From IMG/VR virus record IMGVR_UViG_3300021062_000015, positions 1-61,979 of that record: DNA of 61,979 nt; one strand, given 5' to 3'. Numbering within the stretch: position 1 is the stretch's first letter; every line of letters begins with the position of its first letter. Below are positions 8,101-15,699 of this stretch, piece by piece. Both the position numbers and the translations under genes were made by a program. The notes beneath the pieces were generated by a model. That model was given only the letters and a program-made list of their open reading frames with translations, was not told the origin of the DNA and made no database searches. Source of the stretch: a virus (lineage: Duplodnaviria > Caudoviricetes).

Positions 8101-11100
8101 TTGCTCGATTGACTCGGCCTTAGTGATTTCTCCACGGCTTCGGTATTCAGACGCAAGATCCCGAATCTCACCAACGAGATCACCTAAATCTTTTCGAACG
8201 TAAGCGTCAAACGATCCTTTGCCAGACGTCTTCCATCGATCTCGTAAAATCGAAAGATGAACAGCATGAATCAGTTCTTCTTGGAATTGATCGCGGATGA
8301 GGGTGGTGCCAGCCTCTTCATTTCCCTTCGCTTCGGCATCCCGCAAGACTCGGGCAGGATCGTATTTGACGACTATTGTGCCGTCTGCCAGAAAATGCGC
8401 TCTGGGCAATTCCCCGTCGGAGGTTTCAAGTACTTCGGATCCGAAGGCTCGAAGGGCATCCCGTAAGCTAGATGTACTGCGTGATCGCTGTAAAGCGAGG
8501 CGTAATCCACGTCCCCCTCCGTCGGACGAGCGAAGCTGAAGATCCTGCCTTCCTTCTCGATTCTCTTGAGAAGTTCCTGTTTCCTGATCTCCTCGATGCT
8601 GTCCTCCAGTCGATTCATCGGTGGAAACATAAGCCTTCTTCACCTCTTCGTCAATACGGCGTCTTTCGCCTATTCCTTTTTTCTTCTTCGGCTTGGCAGG
8701 AAGAGCCTTTTCCAAAGCATCAGCCATGGAGACTAACTTCGGCTTGGACTCTTCTTCCTTTCGGAGCTTATCGAGCTTGGCCAAGTACTCCGCTTGCCCC
8801 ACCGTTCCCTTCGGAATCTTCACCCCATTTTGCTTCAGGAGAGCGATTCCCGTATCCGTCAGCACGGGTTCGCCATTCGGTCCCGTTTCCAAGAAACCCG
8901 CTTTAGCCAGTCGTGCCTTCGATTCCTTCGTCGGCTGTCCACCTTTGAGCACAGCTTCGAGATTGATGAAATCAGACTTGGTTTGAGCTTCTTCGGTTTG
9001 TTGGGCCAGTTGCTCTTCAGCGGAAACTTGTTTCGGCACCAACATCTCCAAAGCTTCTGAGATCTTCTGGCGCAGAGGTTCGGGCCAGGTGATCTTCACC
9101 ATCTGGTCAGGATTGATGGCGTTAGGCACTTCGATGGATCCTCCCGCAGCCAATTGTCGAATCGCTTGCAGATCCACTTCGCTTCCCGTCCCGAGATTTT
9201 CCCAGGCTTGGGCGAGTTCTTGTGTTGCCGCTGCAACCTCGGGCGTGATCTCAAAATTGTCAGAGGCTTGTCCAGGGAGATGGGAAACAGCTTCCGAAGG
9301 CTCAGGCAACGCTCCAGGGATCGTTACTCCAGTCCCTTGCACTCCGTTGATATCAACATCATGGCCCTGGAGTTCTTCAACCGGAGCTTGCGGTTGGGTG
9401 CTCGGAAGTTCAGGAGGCAACTGAACAGAGGAAACCGGAGTCGTCAGAGCTTCCCACGCAGTTTTCCAATCGCCTTTCTGCAGAGCCAACATGGCTCGCA
9501 TCTCCAGAGTCTTAGATTGCTGTCGGTCCTTGCGATAGTCAGAGTTCTTCCAGTCTTCCTTAAAATCTTCGATAAAATTAGTCAGCCCTTCCTTGATTTG
9601 CTTCGCGCTCTCAGGAGCATTCGCAAGGGCCGAGGCACCTACTGCCGGTCCCACCGCCATCATTTCTTGCACCGCATTGGCCACCCGTTCCCGAGAGGTC
9701 ATGTTCTCAGCCAAGAAATCATACGTCGCTTGAGGCAGTCCTTCTCGCGTCGCACCACTAGCAACATCCATAGCCCCGTGTGCAAGCTTTTGGGAGAGAG
9801 AAGCCCCCTTCGTCGCCTTGATGGTATTGGCCGCATTTTTCACAAGCCCCATGGCTGTTACCGTGGCAATCGGTCCAAAAGGATCAGTTGCGCCACCCAT
9901 CCATCCGGCGCCTGCAGCTTCCTTCACAGAATCAGGAGTACGGTTTAGAAGTTCGGCAAGATCTCCATGGCCAGAAGCTGAGAGAGCCATTAAGAGTTCT
10001 GGAGTTTGGAGGAGGTCAGAGGCGAGTTGCCCCGTCTTTCGCGCTCGATCTTCATCCTCACGTCGGAGTCGATATTGGTAGTTTGGTGTCGAAATATTCT
10101 CGATCAACTTCGCAAGAGCTTCCGCATCGCCAGAGCGGATTCTCTTCACCAAAGCCTGATTATCTGGATGTTCGATGGAATGAATGTCCTGTTTGAGATC
10201 CAGCCCCTTCCACTTCGTTCCATATCGTTCACGGTCAATCGTCGAGCTATAAATCTGTTCTTCTCGGGTCCGTCCAGCAAGCTGCAGTCGAGCGGCCGCT
10301 TTCTTCATCTTCTCTTCGTCCCCATCAGCCATCGCTTCCGCATACTCCGTCGCTGCGGATTCAATCACTTCTTTGGCCTTACTGCGGTTAAGAAGGAGAT
10401 TTTCCTTCACCGTCTGCCCGCTATTTCGCAAAGCTTCTTGCAATCGCAATGCCGCCAGTTCTTCAGTCGAAAGATCTTCAACCTTCTTTTTCCCAGCCAC
10501 ATCAAAAACATCTTTGGAAAGTCCGAGAGCTTGTAAGCCGAGAGAAGAGATTCCCCCAAGCATGGAAGCACCAAGGCCGGCAACCGATCCTGCAGTTTGT
10601 TCGGCAACCCCCTTCTTCTCTTTGGGATCCACGAACATATCTTTCGCAGCTGTTCCCACGTCCTTAGCCACATTTTTCCACCATTCCACATCCGTCGGGC
10701 GTAGCTTCACCGTCTTCACCGCTTCACGGATCTTTACGGGATCCACTTGGGTTGGCTGTTCTTCAAATCGAGATTTAAACTGCGCGATTGCTTGGGGGGT
10801 AAATTCAAAGCCATTCGGCAACTGCACCCCGAGCTTCTTCATCGCAACCCGCGCTGTTGCTGGGAGGATGGCGCCAGTCTCAACCCCATCGAGAACCTCA
10901 AAAGGCTTTGGAACGAACTCCAAATCTTCCTTCTTCTTGGGCTCAAAGCGGGCCAAGAAATCTTTATCCAATTCAAGATCGGAAGGCACTTCCGGTAAGG
11001 AAGCTTCAGCCTCCAATTCTTCAACCTTCGGCACCACCACCCGATTCGAATTCAAATCATTTTGCGCCACATATTTGCCAGCAGGGCCAGCCACCTTGAC

Positions 11101-11304
11101 ATCAGGAGCATCTTCGAAGTCATCCCAGTTGAATTCACGCTTAGCCACAACTTGGCTATTGGCTATTGGCTGATTGGCGATTTGAGTAGGAGGTTCATAA
11201 TCCGGGAAATCATCCCAGTTAAACGACTTTGCTTTCGGTGCCGATGGAGAGACTACAGATTCAGGCGCGTCCTCAAAATCATCCCAATTGAACGTAGGAG
11301 GCAT
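2101..11304 (-). CDS. Giant polyvalent / internal virion (ejected) protein, 3067 aa
   Basis: Last late gene; FNWDDF repeats; EELIHAVH peptidase-like motif; polyvalent-protein kinase-like domain (~6880-7340); HFDEPNVLAHVR...EEVQSDWHQ domain typical of phage large polyvalent proteins. Confidence 0.85.
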   Translation of the reverse strand: MPPTFNWDDFEDAPESVVSPSAPKAKSFNWDDFPDYEPPTQIANQPIANSQVVAKREFNWDDFEDAPDVKVAGPAGKYVAQNDLNSNRVVVPKVEELEAEASLPEVPSDLELDKDFLARFEPKKKEDLEFVPKPFEVLDGVETGAILPATARVAMKKLGVQLPNGFEFTPQAIAQFKSRFEEQPTQVDPVKIREAVKTVKLRPTDVEWWKNVAKDVGTAAKDMFVDPKEKKGVAEQTAGSVAGLGASMLGGISSLGLQALGLSKDVFDVAGKKKVEDLSTEELAALRLQEALRNSGQTVKENLLLNRSKAKEVIESAATEYAEAMADGDEEKMKKAAARLQLAGRTREEQIYSSTIDRERYGTKWKGLDLKQDIHSIEHPDNQALVKRIRSGDAEALAKLIENISTPNYQYRLRREDEDRARKTGQLASDLLQTPELLMALSASGHGDLAELLNRTPDSVKEAAGAGWMGGATDPFGPIATVTAMGLVKNAANTIKATKGASLSQKLAHGAMDVASGATREGLPQATYDFLAENMTSRERVANAVQEMMAVGPAVGASALANAPESAKQIKEGLTNFIEDFKEDWKNSDYRKDRQQSKTLEMRAMLALQKGDWKTAWEALTTPVSSVQLPPELPSTQPQAPVEELQGHDVDINGVQGTGVTIPGALPEPSEAVSHLPGQASDNFEITPEVAAATQELAQAWENLGTGSEVDLQAIRQLAAGGSIEVPNAINPDQMVKITWPEPLRQKISEALEMLVPKQVSAEEQLAQQTEEAQTKSDFINLEAVLKGGQPTKESKARLAKAGFLETGPNGEPVLTDTGIALLKQNGVKIPKGTVGQAEYLAKLDKLRKEEESKPKLVSMADALEKALPAKPKKKKGIGERRRIDEEVKKAYVSTDESTGGQHRGDQETGTSQENREGRQDLQLRSSDGGGRGLRLALQRSRSTSSLRDALRAFGSEVLETSDGELPRAHFLADGTIVVKYDPARVLRDAEAKGNEEAGTTLIRDQFQEELIHAVHLSILRDRWKTSGKGSFDAYVRKDLGDLVGEIRDLASEYRSRGEITKAESIEQAMVDSWNLYQGNKDLSQPSSITTYEALIEHLDKKPRDVIVMAAELARQFVQLRADNLTTDTRWLAILNKIVDWVRESLFRLRQIARQVDQGVMGEILKRTVQDIESALEGVPALQTRETEGKPLFEVPKPSMESLRKLQAQQEFEKSKESGKKGGDNTRDLFKDPGSQGELFTRDTTDGNLGESNESRRNDDTRRSKKDLLKSAEVHLRGVRGVRQVYLKAGDRGEAAEIERNALQDLVRLQEEFRYDELISRNPLVDSGREHDVYLDQKTGLVFKVTQGSMYGATPFLKNGEIVLEDATPLEYIARWNLFNKVFNQDVGFEGLIEDSNGDVHIVISQPLILGTDPSKSEISDFLKKFGFQQVDLNKFYRPKDNVLAVDAHGGNFRKTYDGHTVPIDVILSNPEGELKKFLESPENGMFWTRETEPAIAPPFFSQLQRVIEKKMPNAASAGQIMGIVMNPQNGVKTEEIKWVGLQDFLQGKEKVTKQEVLDFLQQNEVKVEEVVKGTTFSPEKKSAIEKYKAEEEKILNLRDRGGQIGHHEADSRLKALRVGLGLTERDVSFIGSVAGETKFSQYQLPGGQNYRELLFTLPVRAHEDFDSFPEWAKLNYNLSKEEAWEDWENHGAASRAYIQAKRGHFSTTENFQSSHFDEPNVLAHVRFNERTDSDGKKVLFVEEVQSDWHQKGKKEGYKVDPSRIELLEKETQDAPKWLKAAIEASPSKNGLPDEHSSMADKLIELRDLKYALKEEGRVSDAPFKKTWHELVMKRMLRWAAESGSSDWNNITKPESVREMVQNFFGSEDPSGGVLSPVEISMLPLMNYEQVRDAVVMNLPVNVMNALASNSISTKKLVSNPNVVIQSLPADSRTTISLGIRNALKKVGTSLRTALTASLVAGTNKELLPTLKTSDIKPREVVWLTSPLRAGDLLSGDGGNLSTSNRTKSPSVLVDLTHKGSEPSSALLAEYLNKHDAILNGGKSQSIKYVPSYDKVAWTTGEQQAARYDLSKQVDKLLIQKVINDDKELYNVKALLPNRAYANEQTQVAQEVPIEKLSEYVGKDLAEKSKNIPAGGTEVFEGEGLKIGGVGMKGFYDQILPQFMAKYGKKWGAKVGGLEIAAVQEEDVMNGEEEEVGTFKAHSIDITPAMKESVLGEGQTLFTRETESTPAVEKQAKAGAFLGKEATLAAEELRKKLRGEMIPSAWQRLRNGGLIYKSTTDTLRKAGGRLSSLADKIDEYYDLNADLVGRLSKPFNDIVRSLKKADLKVASKEFEEYMKIRESGRTPEIQAEADALYAKMSDGGKKFVDAVKKMFVWTGKVNKQLNVHVIDPRAKGGWRPIGDFGDAYWPRILRRDVREALEDPDSNPKLYLEAIEILREETGIEDAEKLKLFIQQNLTLEVENKFFANLEMARLGKLPDWFYERGFEEVVPYFIASWAKRISQIKAFGQAIGNDKDAFQKAIEGNLSRNTQLYVAHIRDTIYEKRKLGWFYDTMAWLRTYTTASKLGNIWTSMRNASTIFVNTIPEFGLSNALPGLASLHQYGKQIRDAEEAGVLRSDLLAGMAEMSDFTELQQKIASVSLKLGGFSMVEKFTRSTAAAAGLNWARWGMKKVEANPKSQESLIFQAKLKKYGIDLEKLKKQGLSGNEGKKLMRAAANVTQFGYDMRQVPLWMENPAAKFLFQFQKFGIQMLRRVEVDILKPAIVGYEVDGKKVRDYRPLLLWLAFTAGTGFSLYWLRERLFGKNRLDASFEEISNTYNENELRGVSLILQRLFHDAVYAGGFGIIGDWASNMESVVSRGRAKSPLDPPSIGPFVNIWNNLIMRGWQQERLTMRDLNDFVLGEYPNYNYVTSLLKENAGPYSEQLVGEWKAAKIHAAKKDVAEIRRAGNRWAKELGEDLPPVGGKYPRTPNSPYYDRMQEALLIGDVDEAMNIKAEFIEASGDEQKAIRQLRSSVKGRQPIKVGGMAKEISQGDFEEWISRRVPSLLPKLRELDKTYQDSATAIGLW
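5166..5193 (+). promoter_or_regulatory. sigma70-type promoter for the nested HNH gene (leaderless)
   Basis: TTGACT-16-TAAAAT with the ATG at 5200, 6 nt after the -10. Confidence 0.65.
5200..5778 (+). CDS. HNH homing endonuclease nested antisense inside the giant gene
   Basis: CxxC zinc fingers (CLQCGKEF...CSKAC) followed by the HNH core DHVRIAYQLLGR...VHHINGQIHDNSISNL...H. Confidence 0.85.
   Translation: MLIQILCQQCGARFRTFMCQIDKNAGRFCSVRCRQISPITREKIARSKRGGKPHNFSRFNIRCLQCGKEFLICPCHKGRRKCCSKACSNLFKRIPNPKRYRRSTIGGERLDDHVRIAYQLLGRDRVRGKSVHHINGQIHDNSISNLLVIHERKHRDLHRRQDAAGRIFTPKEILHHFPNALWLGDVIPIATT
7350..7547 (-). CDS. Nested +1-frame small protein (65 aa) at the front of the kinase domain
   Basis: Own promoter; AGGAGAG 4 nt before the ATG; helical protein-like sequence PKFTSEEFEEYAKYISR. 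Confidence 0.6.
   Translation of the reverse strand: MKAAVTTTLEDLKRISLNPPKFTSEEFEEYAKYISRPGTGVRQRKLSEMPYKTWSGYKKSSVTTS
7559..7587 (-). promoter_or_regulatory. Internal sigma70-type promoter
   Basis: TTTACA-17-TAACTT with extended -10 TG. Confidence 0.6.
8373..8618 (-). CDS. Nested +1-frame small protein (81 aa) at the front of the peptidase-like domain
   Basis: ATG 7 nt after a -10 box; MNRLEDSIEEIRKQELLKRIEKEG amphipathic helix. Confidence 0.6.
   Translation of the reverse strand: MNRLEDSIEEIRKQELLKRIEKEGRIFSFARPTEGDVDYASLYSDHAVHLAYGMPFEPSDPKYLKPPTGNCPERIFWQTAQ
8626..8654 (-). promoter_or_regulatory. Internal sigma70-type promoter (leaderless)
   Basis: TTGACG-17-TATGTT. Confidence 0.65.
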
Positions 11305-11309
11305 AAGAC

Positions 11310-12437
11310 TTACTCTCCTTGGATAAGTTCCCCACCTGCAGTCAGAGCGTCTTGCAACATATCTCTCGGGATCATCTTCACTCGTCCCGTTTGAGGATTA
11401 CGCACCGCAACGCTCACCCCTTCGTCAAAAGGCGTCTCCATCACATCGGGCTTTTTGAAGCTTTTCAGGACGTCAACACCGCCTTCTTTCTCAAGCTTCT
11501 GAGAGAACCGATCGCGCTCACCCAAAAGCTTCGCTTTCTGATCATTGAATTTCCCGATCTCAGTTCGGATTCCAGTGATCGCTTTGGGTGAGAGCTTATT
11601 CCCACTCGCATCCACCCCTTTTTTAATGAGTCCTTCGAGTTGATTGATCTTCTTCTCCCGTCGAGTGATCTCCGTGTTGAAAGCGTTCCAGTAGTTGTTA
11701 GCTTTCTGCGAGGCACGTTTCGCTCCTGGAGAGGGTTTCCCATCGGCTCCCGTCTCATAATCCGCTTCCAGCCACCCTTCAGGATCATTCCATTTCTTCG
11801 AGGGATTCGGATTTACGGGCGCACCGTTAGGGGTCCGCACGTCCACAGGAGTAATAATGATGTTTCCATCGGCATCTTCGCTTTGCTCGTTGAACACGAT
11901 ATTCCCAGCCGCATCTTTGGTCTTCAGGAGAGGCACTTTCCCTTCCTCGTAATTGGTAGGCTCACCATATTCTCCACTGTCCATACTCCAGGGAGCACCA
12001 AGCTTTGTCTTTCCCTTCCACCGATCCCGAGTCGGTTCAAATTGCACCGCACCAGATTCATGCAAGGCAGGATACTCACCTTGGATTGCATTCGTTTCAG
12101 GATCCATTTGTCGGATCATGATCTCTCGCGTCGAAGGATTCGTATACCGTCGTTCCTTCGCCACGGGGTTCAAAGTCTTCTGTGCCCGCTTCATCTTTGC
12201 GTCTTGGAGGATCTGTTCATCTTCAGAAAGTAGCGGTTTCGGAGGCTTCACCAGCTTTTTCATATCTCCACCGCGCCCCACATAGTCCTGCAATTCTTGT
12301 GGATCATACTGCCCGGATTCGATGAGGCTTTGCGCAAGAGCTCTAGACTTAGTTAGATTCTCATAATGCTCTGCTTCCTGGCGGTAGACTTCCGCCTCTG
12401 GATTGTTCGAATACGGCCGTGTTCGTGTTTTCGGCAT
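11310..12437 (-). CDS. Probable internal virion / ejection protein
   Basis: Position before the giant gene; charged and helical; C-terminal VRNPQTGRVKMIP...ALTAGG motif. Confidence 0.55.
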   Translation of the reverse strand: MPKTRTRPYSNNPEAEVYRQEAEHYENLTKSRALAQSLIESGQYDPQELQDYVGRGGDMKKLVKPPKPLLSEDEQILQDAKMKRAQKTLNPVAKERRYTNPSTREIMIRQMDPETNAIQGEYPALHESGAVQFEPTRDRWKGKTKLGAPWSMDSGEYGEPTNYEEGKVPLLKTKDAAGNIVFNEQSEDADGNIIITPVDVRTPNGAPVNPNPSKKWNDPEGWLEADYETGADGKPSPGAKRASQKANNYWNAFNTEITRREKKINQLEGLIKKGVDASGNKLSPKAITGIRTEIGKFNDQKAKLLGERDRFSQKLEKEGGVDVLKSFKKPDVMETPFDEGVSVAVRNPQTGRVKMIPRDMLQDALTAGGELIQGE

Positions 12438-12452
12438 AAAAAGCCTTTGTAA

Positions 12453-13265
12453 TTACACTCGGTTGATCGCAGATCCTAATCGGATGAAGTTTCCTGCTTT
12501 CGCAATGTTATTCACTGCGGTTCCTCTACTGGAACCTCTATTATTATAAGACGCCACCACTCTTGGATTTACCGCAGGCCCGCCAGTTACATAATCACGG
12601 ACATCCTTCTGCCAATTCGCTGTAGGGTCGTAGGTGGAAGCATTTCCAGGTCCAGGTCTTCCGATTGTACTCTGCACAAAAGCATCTCGGTCATACGGGC
12701 CATTTAAGGAAGAAGCTCCCAGTTTAGGAGCACCCATCGATCGCTTCCCTGTAATATCGATGAAAGACCCGCCCATCGCCATTTGCCTGCTTGAATCTGC
12801 TCGTCGTTTCTCAGCATTAGCCACTCGGTTTGCTGAAAGTTGTGCATTGATCATCGAAGCGTTTTTTAAGTCCATACCCTCGTCGAAACGTCGTCGGTTC
12901 TCATCCATCTGTTCGAGTTGCATCAGCAGACTTTGTCGGGAGCTATTGGCCCGTGTATCAGCGTCCAATCGAGATTTAGCCAGGGCATTGGCTCTTGCCC
13001 GTTCCATCTCGTTTTCATCGGCACTGGCCATATCGGGGAAATCCGAGTATTTGCGTCGGATCTCATCGCGCCGCGTGTTATACACCTGGTTGATGTAATC
13101 GGCTGCCGTGTTGGCATTCTTATCGACTAACTCTGGACTCAACGTGTCCATCAAAGCTTGCCTGGAAGAAGAGTGTTGGAAGCTCCCTCCATGTTTAGTT
13201 CCTAAGTTCATATTCCCCGAATTTCCGGTGGAACTGATTGCGAATGATTGTGTCGGCCATGCCAT
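12453..13265 (-). CDS. Probable internal virion / ejection protein
   Basis: G/S/N-rich with coiled coil; AGGAGA RBS; synteny with podovirus ejection genes. Confidence 0.5.
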   Translation of the reverse strand: MAWPTQSFAISSTGNSGNMNLGTKHGGSFQHSSSRQALMDTLSPELVDKNANTAADYINQVYNTRRDEIRRKYSDFPDMASADENEMERARANALAKSRLDADTRANSSRQSLLMQLEQMDENRRRFDEGMDLKNASMINAQLSANRVANAEKRRADSSRQMAMGGSFIDITGKRSMGAPKLGASSLNGPYDRDAFVQSTIGRPGPGNASTYDPTANWQKDVRDYVTGGPAVNPRVVASYNNRGSSRGTAVNNIAKAGNFIRLGSAINRV

Positions 13266-13280
13266 AAGATTTCTCCTAGT

Positions 13281-13323
13281 AAAAAAGAAAACGGCTCACC
13301 CGCTTGTGAAACGAGTGAGCCGT
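13281..13323 (-). terminator. Intrinsic terminator
   Basis: ACGGCTCAC/GTGAGCCGT stem followed by TTTCTTTTTT on the minus strand. Confidence 0.75.
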
Positions 13324-13390
13324 CGAAAACGATTGGGGCTCCTAAAATTTGTGAGTTAGATAATGTTCCCTATTTCATACTGTTTTTCAA

Positions 13391-13669
13391 CTACGAACCG
13401 AATCTAATCTTGTTCAATAGAGCCTTCCGCTTGGCACAGCCTTTGCATTCCTTGATACCGAGTGCCTGAGTTACTTTGGATACAACGTCGCCAAGGCCAA
13501 TACCCTTCGGCTTTTCCTCGACCTTTTGTCCTGGAGGAAAGGATTTCTCAATCGCAGCTATCCACCCTTCAGACATCGTCTGTTTCCGGCGCCAAGTCGC
13601 ATACTGCCTTTCCCGTTTAGAAGGATCCATCCTCTCTGCCATCTTCGCCCAAGCGTAGAAATTACTCAT
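13391..13669 (-). CDS. Small CxxC protein of the tail module
   Basis: GLGDVVSKVTQALGIKECKGCAKRK motif; ATGA-coupled to the Cys-rich protein. Confidence 0.7.
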   Translation of the reverse strand: MSNFYAWAKMAERMDPSKRERQYATWRRKQTMSEGWIAAIEKSFPPGQKVEEKPKGIGLGDVVSKVTQALGIKECKGCAKRKALLNKIRFGS

Positions 13670-15462
13670 GTCACCTCAAAATCTCCTACTAACACCACCA
13701 GAGGATCTCCAGCCTGCCACCCCGATCCATCGCCATCGCCCCCCTGGCAAGTCCCCAACGTAGGATCAACCACTCCGTCCACCTCTGCCACAAAATCAGA
13801 GGTCCATACGCCACCAGGGACAGCGTCTTGCCATGTATAAAAAATGCTATCCGTGGTAAATGGAACGGGCCCTGTCTGCCCGAAAATAAAATTAGCACCC
13901 CCTCCCGCCGCTTTTCCAAGGTAAAGATAGCATTTGGATCGACGAAGCATGCTTGCTGGATAATTCGTCATATTCGCCGTTACCCTAGCGTGAGTTCTTT
14001 CAATTGTGCTTTCAGTAGCTGGGGTTGATGAAGTAATCCATTTCCTGGGAGCCCTAGGACCTGACGCTGAATAACTTGGCGTTAGGGCAGCGATAGCAGC
14101 ACAAGTCGCCTCACAGGAATCGCCATACGCGACCCAAGCGTGAACTGCAAACCATCCCGAGCAATCCGTATAACTACCCGCAAGCGTGTAGGCAACCAAT
14201 CGCGTAACACCCTCCATCAACTTCTCGACCGTTGCTTCCATGAGGTCGCAAAACGCCGAGCTATTGACTGGCACGTGCGAGTCAGAGTCCCCAAACCTTG
14301 CGGCATCTACCGTTCCAAAACCTCCCTCACCACCGATTGTGAATTTTATCCCATCGGCATCCGTCCCGAACTCATTTCGAAACCAATCGTAGCCTGAACC
14401 AGATTGGATGATGTTATTCTCGTAAGTAGTATGTGGGGCAAGTGCTGGGAAAGCAGACAACCCAGCAACTTCCCCATCTGGATAGACATTATCATCAAGC
14501 CAAACCTGGGGATAGGCTCCACCCGATACATTACGTCCCCAAAGGTACCACGTATCGAGGAGATGGCCTTGGCCACCCGGCCACAGCCAATAATCGATCT
14601 CCTTCAAAAATAACCGCCAACCTTCATACCGTTCATCACAAGCCGTACCCGAATCATCTCCGTTCGCCTGTTCCGCCGGATTATTCAAAATGTAGTCTTC
14701 GTCACTCCAATCATGGCCAGTCACCGCCGGAAGAGACCCACTATTAGCTAGTTCAAGTCGTTCCTGAATCCCAATGGACAGAATATCCATCGAATCCATC
14801 ACTCCAGAGCAACAAGAGCATGAGGGAGAATCACACCCATCTTCCTCAATCACCGTAATATCTTCGGCCGCAGGTTGGGTGACGTTGGCAAAAGGAGTGT
14901 CGGAGCAAGATCCTGTAGACTGGTAACAACCTCCTCCATACTTCACCACCGCTCCCACACCAAATCCTTCCAAGACAGAAGTATGGAGCTGAATCTGCCC
15001 ACTCACAGGGGTTGTGCATGTCTCAAAAAGCAGATACTGGCACCCATTATCAGTGCAAGGAGATCTGGAGCATGGATCATCACCGTGCCCCGTCGCCGTT
15101 ACTTCTTCATAATCCTCCAACCCAAGGATGCGCCCAGTTACATCCGCCCCCTCCACCTCATCCCCCTTCTCAAAACAAGCAGGATTTCCGCCACAAGCAT
15201 CAAAGACTCGGATTACAGAAGGATTGGATCCAGAGGATAAGCTTTGGATATAAAACCGTGTATCCTCATCAAGTTCCTCCACGCACTGGCTTCCACAAGG
15301 GGAATACTCATCATACGTCCCTTCCAAGTTATCCGTGTTACTCGGCGCACACTCACAATCCCGAGCTTGTCGGATCAAGTCCGAAGAATCCACCGTCTCA
15401 GGTGGGAAGTTATACGCTTCCCTCGTCAGCTTGGGATAACCTTTGGGCCGTTCTTCTCTCAT
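13666..15462 (-). CDS. Cys-rich acidic tail fibre / receptor-binding candidate
   Basis: 598 aa, very acidic, many Cys in the N-terminal third; lies in the tail module. Confidence 0.5.
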   Translation of the reverse strand: MREERPKGYPKLTREAYNFPPETVDSSDLIRQARDCECAPSNTDNLEGTYDEYSPCGSQCVEELDEDTRFYIQSLSSGSNPSVIRVFDACGGNPACFEKGDEVEGADVTGRILGLEDYEEVTATGHGDDPCSRSPCTDNGCQYLLFETCTTPVSGQIQLHTSVLEGFGVGAVVKYGGGCYQSTGSCSDTPFANVTQPAAEDITVIEEDGCDSPSCSCCSGVMDSMDILSIGIQERLELANSGSLPAVTGHDWSDEDYILNNPAEQANGDDSGTACDERYEGWRLFLKEIDYWLWPGGQGHLLDTWYLWGRNVSGGAYPQVWLDDNVYPDGEVAGLSAFPALAPHTTYENNIIQSGSGYDWFRNEFGTDADGIKFTIGGEGGFGTVDAARFGDSDSHVPVNSSAFCDLMEATVEKLMEGVTRLVAYTLAGSYTDCSGWFAVHAWVAYGDSCEATCAAIAALTPSYSASGPRAPRKWITSSTPATESTIERTHARVTANMTNYPASMLRRSKCYLYLGKAAGGGANFIFGQTGPVPFTTDSIFYTWQDAVPGGVWTSDFVAEVDGVVDPTLGTCQGGDGDGSGWQAGDPLVVLVGDFEVT

Positions 15463-15695
15463 ATCGCATCAGGGAAGCTTTCACACCCGCTTTGCAGGAT
15501 AATGTCTTCAGGATCTTCAGCAATCGGCTCAAATTGGTAAGCAGGTCGAAGCATCGAACTATACCTTTTCCGTTCTTCACTATGTGGCCCTTCAGGAATC
15601 GGTCCTTCCTCATCGGCAGGTCGCGCCTTATTCTTCCAGCGTTTAGCCTGCTTCATTCGAAGTTCACGGGCAGGAGAGATATATCTTCGTCTCAT
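15459..15695 (-). CDS. Hypothetical protein
   Basis: Fills the gap in the operon; ATGA overlap with the next gene. Confidence 0.55.
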   Translation of the reverse strand: MRRRYISPARELRMKQAKRWKNKARPADEEGPIPEGPHSEERKRYSSMLRPAYQFEPIAEDPEDIILQSGCESFPDAI

Positions 15696-15699
15696 AAAA

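Noticed and set aside
3723-11024. Other alternative-frame minus ORFs in the giant gene (3723, 6000, 7557, 10407, 10839) and long plus-strand ORFs (9154, 10373)
   Set aside because: I saw no promoter or RBS for them and their composition is typical of shadow frames
13666-15462. Diversity-generating retroelement target
   Set aside because: No reverse transcriptase and no template/variable repeat pair seen
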